From the NCBI GenBank assembly GCA_963666055.2, contig CAXWPH010000015.1, positions 448,001 to 512,000 on the forward strand: a stretch of DNA of 64,000 nucleotides, written 5' to 3'. Every line of letters starts with the position of its first letter. The stretch's first letter is position 1. Positions 19,512-29,242 of the stretch are shown here, piece after piece. The notes under the pieces are model-generated. The model saw only the letters and a list, made by a program, of their open reading frames with translations, did no database searches and was not told where the DNA came from. Position numbers and translations under genes: made by a program. The DNA comes from Acidobacteriota bacterium. Lineage in GTDB: Bacteria > Acidobacteriota > UBA890 > WLXD01.

Positions 19512-21533
19512 ATGCCCAACGACCCCGCGTCGCCCGAGAGCCTCGATCCTCAGGGCACCGTATCGCCCCTCGTCCCGGCATCCGTGCGGCTGCCGGAGCT
19601 GACCATCAAGGGCGTTGTTCTCGGGATCCTGCTGGCCATCGTTCTGGGCGGTGCCAACGCCTACCTCGGACTATTCGCCGGCATGACCGTCTCGGCATCG
19701 ATACCGGCTGCGGTGGTATCGATGGCAGTGCTGCGTGGCTTCCGCAACTCGAACATACTCGAGAACAACCTAGTCCAGACGGCGGCTTCGGCCGGTGAGT
19801 CGCTGGCTGCCGGCGTCATCTTCACCATTCCGGCGCTGGTGCTGATGGGGCACTGGGAGTCTTTCGACTATTGGCAGGTGACGGCGGTCGCCGCCGTCGG
19901 CGGGGTTGTGGGCGTGCTCTTCAGCATCCCGCTGCGGCGCGCCCTGGTGGTCGAGGAGCAACTGCGGTTCCCAGAAGGCGTGGCGACCGCCGAGGTGCTC
20001 AAGACCGGCGGCGTGGTGCGTGGCGCCGACGCGGAGACCGCGGGCCTGATCGACGCTGGGGTCGACGAGAACACGCAGCGCAACAGCATCCGCGCTCTCG
20101 GCATCGGGGCACTCGGCGGCGCGGCGATGAAGTTCGCCGAAGCCGGCATGGGCCTGTGGAGCGGGACCTTGACGGTCGGCGGCCGGGCCCTCGGAACCAT
20201 CTGGATTCTCGGCATCAATCTCTCGCCGGCGCTGGTTGGCGTGGGCTACATCGTCGGCTTGAACATTGCCGCGGTGGTATTTGCCGGCGGGGTGATCGCC
20301 TGGTTCATCGGCATCCCGATTTACGTCTGGCAGACGGGGATGCCGGCCGGCAACGCCGTCGACGCCGCCTACGACATCTGGAGCAGCCAGATCCGCTATC
20401 TGGGCGTCGGCGCCATGGTTGTTGGCGGTCTCTGGGCCCTCATCAACCTCATCGGACCCGTGCGTCGCGGAATTGCTTCCGGAATCGCTGCCTACCGCGC
20501 GGCGCGCTCCGACTCGGGGGCGCGCACTGTCCGAACCGAGCTCGACGCGCCGATGAACTACGTGCTCATCGCCACCGCCCTGTGCGTCGTGCCGATGTTC
20601 GCTGTGTACCAGGTAGTCCTCCACCAGGCAGCGATCTCGGCGCTGCTGGCGGTGGTGATGCTCTTCGCCGGGTTCTTCTTCGCCGCCATCGCAGGCTACA
20701 TGGCCGGCCTGGTGGGTTCGTCGAACAACCCGATCTCCGGCGTAACGATCGCCACGATTCTGTTTACGTCTTTCCTGTTGCTCTGGTTGCTGGGGCCGGA
20801 TAATCCGATCGGGCCCCCCGCCGCCGTGTTCGTTGGCGCCATGGTGGCGTGCGCGGCGGCGATTTCCGGCGACACGATGCAGGACCTCAAGGCCGGGCAC
20901 CTGCTGGGAGCGACACCCTGGCGACAGCAGGTCATGGAATTGGTGGGGGTGGTCTCGGCCGCCTTCGTAATGATGCCGGTGTTGTACCTGCTACAGGCAC
21001 GCTACGGAATCGGCCCGCCCACAGCAGCGCAGCCCGACTCGCTTAGTGCACCGCAGGCGACCCTCATGAGCAGCGTGGCGACGGGGGTATTCGAGGGTGG
21101 CCTGCCCTGGACAATGATCATCATCGGCGCGGTGGTCGCGGCATTGATTATCGTGCTCGACAAGACGCTCGAGGCGCGCCAGACAAGCTTCCGGACGCCG
21201 GTCCTGGCGGTCGCCGTCGGTATCTACCTGCCTCTCGAGCTCACCACTTCGATCTTCATAGGCGGTCTCGTTTGGTGGGCAGCGGAGCGCGCCTCGGTGG
21301 CGGGTGGGGGCAAGCAATCGTTGCGCGGCCTGCTGCTGGCTTCGGGCATGATCACCGGTGAGGCGCTCATCGGTATCGGGCTGGCACTGCCGATCATGCT
21401 GTCCAGCTGGTCGCCGGTCTTCGGCGCCGACATGTTCCGCGTGGCTACCGCCCCGCTGGGCGGCTGGCCCGGATTCGTCGGCCTGAGCGCGTTGGCCTAC
21501 GCGATGTACCGCGTCTCGGTGGGCCGCCGCTGA
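19512..21533 (+). CDS. OPT family oligopeptide transporter
   Basis: NAYLGLFAGMTVSASIPAAV, FPEGVATAEVL, QDLKAGHLLGATP, APQATLM. Confidence 0.93.
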   Translation: MPNDPASPESLDPQGTVSPLVPASVRLPELTIKGVVLGILLAIVLGGANAYLGLFAGMTVSASIPAAVVSMAVLRGFRNSNILENNLVQTAASAGESLAAGVIFTIPALVLMGHWESFDYWQVTAVAAVGGVVGVLFSIPLRRALVVEEQLRFPEGVATAEVLKTGGVVRGADAETAGLIDAGVDENTQRNSIRALGIGALGGAAMKFAEAGMGLWSGTLTVGGRALGTIWILGINLSPALVGVGYIVGLNIAAVVFAGGVIAWFIGIPIYVWQTGMPAGNAVDAAYDIWSSQIRYLGVGAMVVGGLWALINLIGPVRRGIASGIAAYRAARSDSGARTVRTELDAPMNYVLIATALCVVPMFAVYQVVLHQAAISALLAVVMLFAGFFFAAIAGYMAGLVGSSNNPISGVTIATILFTSFLLLWLLGPDNPIGPPAAVFVGAMVACAAAISGDTMQDLKAGHLLGATPWRQQVMELVGVVSAAFVMMPVLYLLQARYGIGPPTAAQPDSLSAPQATLMSSVATGVFEGGLPWTMIIIGAVVAALIIVLDKTLEARQTSFRTPVLAVAVGIYLPLELTTSIFIGGLVWWAAERASVAGGGKQSLRGLLLASGMITGEALIGIGLALPIMLSSWSPVFGADMFRVATAPLGGWPGFVGLSALAYAMYRVSVGRR

Positions 21534-21559
21534 AGCCAGCCGCGACCGATCAGACGGAG

Positions 21560-22744
21560 GTGGCCGCCCCACCACCTATCGGCCGTGACGTACGAAAGCT
21601 GGGCGTGGTCAGCCTGCTCACCGACCTGAGCAGCGAGATGCTCTACGCCGTCGTTCCCCTCTACGTCACCGAGGTGCTGGGCGCTCCAATCAGCGTCGTC
21701 GGGTTGATCGAGGGCGTCGCTGAGAGCACGGCGAGCATGCTCAAGGCCGTCTCGGGTTGGCTGTCGGATCGTACCCGGCGCCGCCGACCCTTGGCGCTCG
21801 CCGGCTACACGTTGTCGGCCATCGCCAAACCGCTGCTGGCGCTGGCTGCCAGCTGGACCTGGGTGCTCGGTGCTCGTGTGGTCGACCGCGCCGGAAAGGG
21901 ATTGCGGGGCCCGGCACGCGACGCCCTGATCGCCGCCTCTACGGCGCCCGAGCATCGCGGCAGGGCGTTCGGGTTCCATCGGGCCATGGATACGACGGGT
22001 GCCGTCATCGGGCCCCTGCTGGCGCTCGCAGCGCTCTCCATCTTCGGCCTGAGCTACGCCAGGCTCTTCCTGCTCGCCGCCGTCCCGGCGTTTGCGGGGA
22101 TCGTCGTGCTCACCCGGGTCGCCGAGATCCGCGGGCCGCTGCCTGAGTCGCCCGCCACGGGTGCCGCACTCGGGGCCTCTCCCGAGCTCCGCCGGTTTCT
22201 GGTGGTCGTTGCTCTGTTCGCCCTCGGCAACAGCAGCAACGTCTTCCTGCTGTTGCGCGCCCGCGATCTGGGCTGGTCGCCAGAGGGCATCCTGGGCCTC
22301 TACGTGATCTACAACCTTACCTACGCGGCCGCGGCAATGCCGGCTGGATCCCTGTCCGACCGCATCGGACGCCGCGGCGTCCTGCTGGCTGGCTTTACGC
22401 TCTCCGGCGTCGTCTATGCGGGCTTTGCGATCGCCGACGATCGTCTCTACGCCGTACCGCTGTTGGCTCTCTATGGGCTCTACGCCGCAGCCTTCGCGGG
22501 TGCCGGCCGTGCCTACGTAAGCGACCTGGCGCAGCGCGGTCGTCTGGCCACCGCCATGGGGCTGTATCAGGCAGTCACCGGCGTGCTCGTCCTAGTGGCC
22601 AGCCTGATCGCCGGAATGTTATGGGAGCGGTTCGGTGCCCATGCACCGTTCATCTTCGGCGCCACCACGTCGTTGGCCGCCGCAGTCCTGTTCGCCATCG
22701 TGTGTCGTGAACAGCAACCACGAGCCGCGGTGCGTGGAGCCTGA
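21560..22744 (+). CDS. MFS transporter
   Basis: SLLTDLSSEM, GWLSDRTRRR, DRAGKGLRGPARDA; about 12 TM. Confidence 0.9.
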   Translation: MAAPPPIGRDVRKLGVVSLLTDLSSEMLYAVVPLYVTEVLGAPISVVGLIEGVAESTASMLKAVSGWLSDRTRRRRPLALAGYTLSAIAKPLLALAASWTWVLGARVVDRAGKGLRGPARDALIAASTAPEHRGRAFGFHRAMDTTGAVIGPLLALAALSIFGLSYARLFLLAAVPAFAGIVVLTRVAEIRGPLPESPATGAALGASPELRRFLVVVALFALGNSSNVFLLLRARDLGWSPEGILGLYVIYNLTYAAAAMPAGSLSDRIGRRGVLLAGFTLSGVVYAGFAIADDRLYAVPLLALYGLYAAAFAGAGRAYVSDLAQRGRLATAMGLYQAVTGVLVLVASLIAGMLWERFGAHAPFIFGATTSLAAAVLFAIVCREQQPRAAVRGA

Positions 22745-22761
22745 TCTTGCCAGCCTCCGGC

Positions 22762-24210
22762 CTACTCGTCGTCAGCGGCCGTTCCGAAGGCCTTGAGCAC
22801 CTCTCGGGTGAGATCCCAGTTGCTGAACCCCTGCCGCCCGTAGTCGAGGCCGCGGCGCACGATCACCAGGTCGTGCGAGGGTACAACGATGGCGTATTGC
22901 CCGCGGTTGCCCGCCGTCGAGTAGGCGTTGCCTGGCACGTCGGTGCGATCGTCGGGTACGAGCCACCACTGGCCACCGTAGAAGTTGCCGCGCGTTGCGG
23001 TGGATGGGGCCGGTTTGCGAGTGAACTCGATCCACTCTTCGGACAATAGCCGTCGGCCGTTCCACATGCCGTGCTGCAGGTAGAGCAGCCCGAACCGGGC
23101 GAGGTCGCGCGCGTTCGTGTAGACCTGGCTGCTGAGGATGAAATCTCCGAAACGATCCACGCTCAGTAGCGTGTTGCGCATGCCGATCGGATCCAGAAGG
23201 GCGCTGCTCGGGTACTGCAGGTATTCCTGATCGTCGCCGATCGCCAGCTTCATGGCGTACACGGCGAGCAGGGTGTCGTAGTTTTCGTAGTCCCAGTGCG
23301 ACCCCGGCGCGCGGATCAGCCCGCGGCTCCGGGCGCCGCGGATCGAGCTGGCGCCGGCCCAGTAGGCCTGTCCCGAGCCGGTGGCGTACTCGAGCCCGGC
23401 GTTGTCGACGGTGTTGAGGCCACTCGACATGTTGAGCACGTGCCTCAAGGTGATCCGGGCGCGCGGATCGGACTCGGCGTCGACGGCCTCCGGAAGCCAC
23501 TCGAAACCGAGCGGCGCATCGAGCTGTAACCGACCCTCATCCACCAGCATGCCAATGAGTGTCACTGCGATGCTCTTTGCCGTCGACCAGGTGCGCGTAC
23601 GCGTGGTCATGTCGACCCCAGGCGCATAGCGCTCGTGGACGATCCGGCCGCGATGAACAACCAACAAACTCAGGGTCACCTGCTCGGGCGACTCACGCTC
23701 GAATGCCCAGTCCGATGCGGCCTGTAGGCTGGCGGCGTTGAGCTCCGGTGGGAACGGCTCCTCGACAACCATGTCGCCATCAGGCCACGGAATGGTGGTT
23801 GGATCACCAGACGGCGGCAGCGTCTCGAGAATCGGTAGGCTGTCGATATCCTCGAAGGTCTGATCGGGCGCCATGATCACGCACCCCAGCCCGTCGCGGA
23901 ACGCCGCGCGCATCACCGGCGTGCCACCGGGTGTCCCGATCGCCACTGCCCGACGATCCCAATCGACGACGTAGTCGCCACCTGCAGGCGTACCCACCGG
24001 CTGTCGTAGATACGCTAGCTCCTGCTCAAAGACGTGCTCGAGCGTGCGATTGGATGTGAACAGGCCATTGCACATGAAGATCGCTTGCTGCCCGTACTGG
24101 ATGATGTTGCGGTTGGTACGCCAGTAGTCGTAGGACTCTGCCTGCTGAGCGCTGGTAACTGCCGGAAGCAGGAGCGTGAGAGTTGTGAGTTGGGCCAGCA
24201 GACGCTTCAT
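22762..24210 (-). CDS. Serine hydrolase (beta-lactamase/AmpC family)
   Basis: SxxK (WSTAKS), YxN (YEN), DLARFGLLYL; signal peptide. Confidence 0.88.
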   Translation of the reverse strand: MKRLLAQLTTLTLLLPAVTSAQQAESYDYWRTNRNIIQYGQQAIFMCNGLFTSNRTLEHVFEQELAYLRQPVGTPAGGDYVVDWDRRAVAIGTPGGTPVMRAAFRDGLGCVIMAPDQTFEDIDSLPILETLPPSGDPTTIPWPDGDMVVEEPFPPELNAASLQAASDWAFERESPEQVTLSLLVVHRGRIVHERYAPGVDMTTRTRTWSTAKSIAVTLIGMLVDEGRLQLDAPLGFEWLPEAVDAESDPRARITLRHVLNMSSGLNTVDNAGLEYATGSGQAYWAGASSIRGARSRGLIRAPGSHWDYENYDTLLAVYAMKLAIGDDQEYLQYPSSALLDPIGMRNTLLSVDRFGDFILSSQVYTNARDLARFGLLYLQHGMWNGRRLLSEEWIEFTRKPAPSTATRGNFYGGQWWLVPDDRTDVPGNAYSTAGNRGQYAIVVPSHDLVIVRRGLDYGRQGFSNWDLTREVLKAFGTAADDE

Positions 24211-24500
24211 GGTGTTTCCCTCCTGGCAGCAGCCTGTCGTGAAAGTGTGCGGCTCACATACTCCCACACGTTCTTCGCCGCCAGCGTTGACTTCGAAGAT
24301 GCGCCGATTAACGGATACAGCTGAGGGCGCCGACCCGCGAGCGGATCGATCTTCGTCGAGACCTCCCGAGCCACCAGACTAGCGGGACGCTGGAAGACAA
24401 TCCGCACGCCCGCAGCGTGGGCGCGCCGGAAGCTCTCACGCTGTACGCGGCCGACCTGGCGCTCCTTGTCGAGCGACTCGGGCAGGAGATCGCCGCGATT

Positions 24501-27491
24501 CTATTGCCCTACATCTCCGTTCTCATCGACCTTCACGACAAGCCAGCGACCGACGTAGGCGCTCGGATCGATGTCCGACAGTCGAGCACGCCTTCGACCC
24601 TGTCGCGTCATTGTCGTTACCTCGACCTCCACGAGGGCCTCTCTCGCCAGCCCGAAGTGCACGGGCATGGCGTTCTGAGAGTTGTAGCCAGACCCGGTGT
24701 CGACGATCCGCGTTCCGAGCAGCGCGCCGCTCGCTGCATCGAACAGGCGAACTTCTGCGCCGGCGCGCGTGTAGTGGCCGTCCGCGTCGAGAACGAGCAC
24801 CTGCAGCGACCTGCGGGCGCGTTCGTCAACCTGTGAGTTCAGCAGCAGGTAGTGCATACCCGCCGCTGAACCGCCGGTGAGCGCCAGGTCGAGGTCGCCA
24901 TCGCCATCCATGTCGGCCCAGTGGGCGCCATGGTCCGATTCTTGATCACCGACCACCGGCGGCGTGACGTCGGTGAACCGGTCACCGTCGTTGTGGAACA
25001 GGTAGTCACGGTAGTTGCGGCCGCCGCTGACGGTACCGTTGACATACAGGTCGGGACGGCCGTCGTTGTCGTAGTCGCCCCATGTCGCCGTGTCGTAGCG
25101 GCTGTCGATGGCCAGCCCCATGCGTGGCGCGACGTTCTCGAACGTACCGTTCCCGAGGTTCCGGAAGAGACCATTGGGTCCGTAGTTGGCCATGAAGACG
25201 TCGAGCTTCCCATCGCTGTCAAAATCCGCAATGGCTGGCCTCACGGTGCCAAACGACGAGTTTCCGAGCATCCGTCCGCCGTTGTCCAGACCGGCCTGTG
25301 CGGCCACATCAACGAAGCGCGAACGATCATTGCGGAACAACCCGTTGGCGTCGCCATCCATGTTGGCGACCAGGAGATCGAGATCACCGTCCTCATCGAA
25401 ATCGAACCACGCGGCGCCGACGGTGCGGCGCGGATCGTCCACGCCCAGAGCTTGGGCGACGTTGGTAAACCTGCCGTCGTCGTTTCGGTACAGGGCGTTG
25501 GGCTTGTCGCGCAGGCCGACGAACAGGTCGAGATCTCCATCGATGTCGTAGTCGACCCAGCTCACCTGCCGAAAGCTACCGGTCATCTCGAGCCCGGCAG
25601 CTTCCGTCACGTCGGTGAACCGCCCCCCGTCGCCGGTGTTCTCGTACAGCTTGCTCGAGCTTCCCTGACGCGAAACGAAGCCGACGAACAAATCCAGGTG
25701 CCCGTCGCCGTTGTAGTCGCCCCAGGCCGAGGCCCGCGTCACGTCGTTGTCGGCAACACCGACCTGCGCGGCCACATCGGTGAATGTCCCGCCGTCGTTT
25801 CGGTACAGCCGGTTGGCGCGTTGATTGAAGCCCACGAAGATGTCCAGGTCGCCATCGTTGTCGTAGTCGGCGATTGCGTTGGTGTAGGTGTTGCCGGCAC
25901 CGAACACATCCTCTTGCACGGTCTCGAACTGCGGCCGCCAATCAGTGAACGGTTTGCGCGGCATGCGTTCGTCAACCATCGCTGCCTGATAGGCCAGGCT
26001 GGCGAGAACAACCGAGTTGATCTTCAGATCCTCGGGCAGCAGCTTGTCGAACACATCCATGTTCGTGTGGTGGGTTCGGGTGCGGTATTCGATGCGATCC
26101 TGCAGGATCTGGAACCCGGGCAACCCCGCCTCATCGAACGACAGCTGATCGGAGCCGCGATTGCTGAAGTTCGACAGGGTGCCGACCTTGAGATCGTCGA
26201 ATGGCTTCATCCACGCCTCGAAGATCGGCGCAACGAATTGGTTGCCCTGCTGGTGAATTCCACGAACCTGACCTGTGCCGTTGTCCATGTTGAAGTAAAC
26301 CGAGAAGTTCTCGTAGTCGGCCTTCACGCCGTCTCGAGGATTCCCGAAATGCTCGGCCACGTAGGCGCGGGAGCCGCGTAGCCCGCCCTCTTCGTTGCTC
26401 CAAAGCGCAACCCGTATCGTGCGGCGCGGCGCCACACCGATGGCCTTCAAGATACGCATGGCCTCCAGGACACACGCCGATCCGGAAGCATTGTCGGTGG
26501 CGCCAGTGCCGGAGTGCCAGGAGTCGAGATGGGCGCCGATCATGACGACCTGGTGCGCCAAATCGCTGCCCGGAATCTCGCCGATCACGTTGTATTCCTG
26601 GCTGTCGCGCTCCTCGATGCGGATGCGGACCTCCGCTTCCATCGTCACCGAGACGTTGGCGGCGGCCAAACGATACATCCGGCCATAGTGTTCCGGTGCG
26701 ATGTACAGCGTCGGAAGGCTATGGCGCACCGATGCCGGCGACCGGTCGCGTCTGCCGGTGACGAAGACCGTGCCGTCCCCGCCTTGGGCGGCCACCAGAA
26801 CCACGGCAACACCCTCGGACCTGAAGAACTCCTCCAGCTCATCGGCGCCGAGATCTTCACGCCGCGGCGGATTTCGGGTCCACTCTTCCTCGCGCCGCAA
26901 AGCATTGTTCCGGTCCACGCCTTCCTCGACAAACGTCGCCAACGATCCATCGTCGTGTCGGATCGCAGCCGGCTTGAATCGTGGACCGTATTGCCGCATC
27001 GGTGTGGAGAGCACGATTGCGCCCTGCAGACGGCCGCGATAATCCTCCAATTCCGCATTGCTTCCGATATCGGCAATCACGACCTCGCCGCTGATCTTCC
27101 CGTTGGTCCCGGCGGTGAAAGCCTGTGGGTAGCCGATCAATGGCTGGTAGTCGGGCTCCAGCATGTGCAGCGAAACGTATTCGACGTCCCAGTTCACACC
27201 GTGCTCGCCCCATGGCGCGATCGTCGCGTTGCTGAGCCCGATCTGTTGCATCGTGCTCAAAGCCCATTCTTGCGACTCACGCATGTTGGCAGAGCCTGAG
27301 ACCCTCGGACCTATTACGTCCGTGAGGTGCCACGCATAGTCGATCACCTGAGAACGGTTGAAGCCCTCGTCGCGGATCCTCTCAACTGCCTGCCAATACA
27401 GGTTCCCTTGTGATCGAACGGGTGTGCCCGTTAGCAGCACGGCGGCAATGATCAGAAGGGAACCGAACACCCTCGAAGCAACGCGGCTCAT
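24501..27491 (-). CDS. M28 peptidase fused to FG-GAP repeats and ASPIC/UnbV (CRTAC1-like) domain
   Basis: GAHLDSWH, DNASG, NEEGGL, NMDNG, THHT; then DYDNDGDLD repeats and GSGYNSQN..HFGL. Confidence 0.88.
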   Translation of the reverse strand: MSRVASRVFGSLLIIAAVLLTGTPVRSQGNLYWQAVERIRDEGFNRSQVIDYAWHLTDVIGPRVSGSANMRESQEWALSTMQQIGLSNATIAPWGEHGVNWDVEYVSLHMLEPDYQPLIGYPQAFTAGTNGKISGEVVIADIGSNAELEDYRGRLQGAIVLSTPMRQYGPRFKPAAIRHDDGSLATFVEEGVDRNNALRREEEWTRNPPRREDLGADELEEFFRSEGVAVVLVAAQGGDGTVFVTGRRDRSPASVRHSLPTLYIAPEHYGRMYRLAAANVSVTMEAEVRIRIEERDSQEYNVIGEIPGSDLAHQVVMIGAHLDSWHSGTGATDNASGSACVLEAMRILKAIGVAPRRTIRVALWSNEEGGLRGSRAYVAEHFGNPRDGVKADYENFSVYFNMDNGTGQVRGIHQQGNQFVAPIFEAWMKPFDDLKVGTLSNFSNRGSDQLSFDEAGLPGFQILQDRIEYRTRTHHTNMDVFDKLLPEDLKINSVVLASLAYQAAMVDERMPRKPFTDWRPQFETVQEDVFGAGNTYTNAIADYDNDGDLDIFVGFNQRANRLYRNDGGTFTDVAAQVGVADNDVTRASAWGDYNGDGHLDLFVGFVSRQGSSSKLYENTGDGGRFTDVTEAAGLEMTGSFRQVSWVDYDIDGDLDLFVGLRDKPNALYRNDDGRFTNVAQALGVDDPRRTVGAAWFDFDEDGDLDLLVANMDGDANGLFRNDRSRFVDVAAQAGLDNGGRMLGNSSFGTVRPAIADFDSDGKLDVFMANYGPNGLFRNLGNGTFENVAPRMGLAIDSRYDTATWGDYDNDGRPDLYVNGTVSGGRNYRDYLFHNDGDRFTDVTPPVVGDQESDHGAHWADMDGDGDLDLALTGGSAAGMHYLLLNSQVDERARRSLQVLVLDADGHYTRAGAEVRLFDAASGALLGTRIVDTGSGYNSQNAMPVHFGLAREALVEVEVTTMTRQGRRRARLSDIDPSAYVGRWLVVKVDENGDVGQ

Positions 27492-27779
27492 CTATCGAGC
27501 TCCTTCCGAACTTGAGGCAAGTACAAACACCGGTGGAGGTTGCGACATCGTACCGGACGCCGGGTGTGTGGAGCAGCCGCAGTCACCACACCTGTACACC
27601 CGCAGCGCAAGAGCAAGGCCCTCAGACGCGCGGGTGCTATCAAGTTAGCGAGGCGAGTCCGGTTGAAGAGATTCCGGACAGCGCCGGGCGACGCTGTTTC
27701 ACGCCAAAGTTCAGCGTCGCATGCTCGGCAGACAGAATCGCGCAATCCCTTGGCCTACTCGGGATTTCAGCGGGAAGAC

Positions 27780-27830
27780 TGGCGGGGCCGACGGGATTTG
27801 AACCCGCGATCTCCGGCTTGACAGGCCGGC
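27780..27830 (-). repeat. Displaced tRNA-Asp 3' fragment (att site)
   Basis: Matches anticodon arm to CCA of the tRNA at 40739-40816. Confidence 0.92.
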
Positions 27831-27943
27831 TCCAGACAACATCTAAACTGTTCGTAACACGCGACTTATCCACACACGAAAAAAGCGCGTGTAGCCACTG
27901 TGTAGCCTCCCCTGACCGCTGGACCTGGTGTTGGTTCGTTGGA

Positions 27944-27986
27944 TTGGGGGTGGAGCAGTCAGGTAGCCTGTCGGGCTCATAACCCG
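27944..27986 (+). pseudogene. 5' half of initiator tRNA-fMet
   Basis: GGGGTGGAGCAGTCAGGTAGCCTGTCGGGCTCATAACCCG resembles canonical fMet; no T arm follows. Confidence 0.8.
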
Positions 27987-28176
27987 GGTAGCGCGCTCAG
28001 GGGAGCCTCCCCCCTGGTTCCACTTTTGGTTCCACATTTCCCCAGGTAATCCCTGCCGCTAGCAAGAATCACCAACGATCACAGATCACGGCGGTTGGCT
28101 GCCATCCAGCGCGCTCTCAGCGATTTCGAGTGATGATCGGCACTTACGCACGCACCTGCGAAGTGACCCGACCAGA

Positions 28177-28230
28177 ACTCAAAATCCGGTGGGCTTACGC
28201 TCGTGAGGGTTCGAGTCCCTCCCTCGGTAC
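28177..28230 (+). pseudogene. 3' fragment of tRNA-Leu(CAA)
   Basis: CTCAAAA loop, long variable arm, GAGGG-TTCGAGT-CCCTC T arm, CCTCGGTAC end; no D arm. Confidence 0.8.
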
Positions 28231-28480
28231 TTCTTTAGATACAACGAGTTACAGTATTCTCGACGCCACTAGGGGCGTCAGGTAGCGGTTGCGTGGGGCC
28301 ACATTTGGGGCCACATCACAGCGCAAGATCGGTCCCCATAGCAAGGATCGATAAAGATCGAGAGCAGCCAGCAACACCGCGACGACAGGCGTTGCGGGAA
28401 ATAGCCAGGTATCACGGGCGATCGCGGCAGGTGCGCGAAATGGGGTGAACCCTCCGCCGCTAACGCACGTCCGCCTTCCG

Positions 28481-29242
28481 TCAGAAGTCCTTGACCCGCT
28501 TGATGGTCTCCGGATCGAGGAAGCAGGCGACGGTGGCCTCCCGTTCCAGCCGCATCGCAGCAGCGAGGTCCGTCATCGCCGTGCGGTAGAGCGTCCGGCG
28601 CATGGCGCGTACCGCCAGCGGCGGCAGCTCGGCGAGCTGGCGCGCCACAGCGCGCGCCTCGTCCATCAGCGCGGCATCGGGCACCACGCGCCAGGCAATG
28701 CCGTACTCGCGCAGCGTTGCGGCGTCGTAGCGCGCACCGAGAAACAGCATCTCTCTCGCGCGGTTGAGGCCGACCAGCGCTGGCAGCAGTGCGGTGACGC
28801 CGCCGGTGACGAACAGGTTGAGCGAGACCTCCGGGAAGAAGCCCTTGGCGCTTTCGGCCCAGATCGGAAAGTCGCAGTTGATCGCCCATTCCAAGCCGCC
28901 GCCGACGGCCCAGCCGTTGATCGCGCCAACCACCGGCTTGCCGCCGAAGACGATGGCGTCGGTCGCGCGCTGGATCGCGTCGACGATGTCGCGTGCAGCG
29001 GCCTCGGTCTCCGGGTGCGTGTGCTCGCGCCGGTCATCGCCGGCACAGAACCCGCGGCCGGCGCCGGTGAAGATCACTGCCCGCGTGTCGGGGTCGGCGT
29101 CGGCGTCGGCGAAGGCCTGCGCCACGTCGTCGATCAACTGGCGGTTCATGGCGTTGAGGCTCTCCGGCCGATTAAGCGTGATGGTGCGGACGCCGTCGGC
29201 CTCGCGCTCGCTCAGCACCGTCGCGTAGTCGAATGCAGTCAT
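28481..29242 (-). CDS. Enoyl-CoA hydratase/isomerase family protein
   Basis: ITLNRPESLNA, GFCAGDD, INGWAVGGGLE, FPEV. Confidence 0.92.
   Translation of the reverse strand: MTAFDYATVLSEREADGVRTITLNRPESLNAMNRQLIDDVAQAFADADADPDTRAVIFTGAGRGFCAGDDRREHTHPETEAAARDIVDAIQRATDAIVFGGKPVVGAINGWAVGGGLEWAINCDFPIWAESAKGFFPEVSLNLFVTGGVTALLPALVGLNRAREMLFLGARYDAATLREYGIAWRVVPDAALMDEARAVARQLAELPPLAVRAMRRTLYRTAMTDLAAAMRLEREATVACFLDPETIKRVKDF

Noticed and set aside
24850-25880. Recurring GTCGTAGTCG-type sequences
   Set aside because: Explained by FG-GAP (DYDxDG) protein repeats
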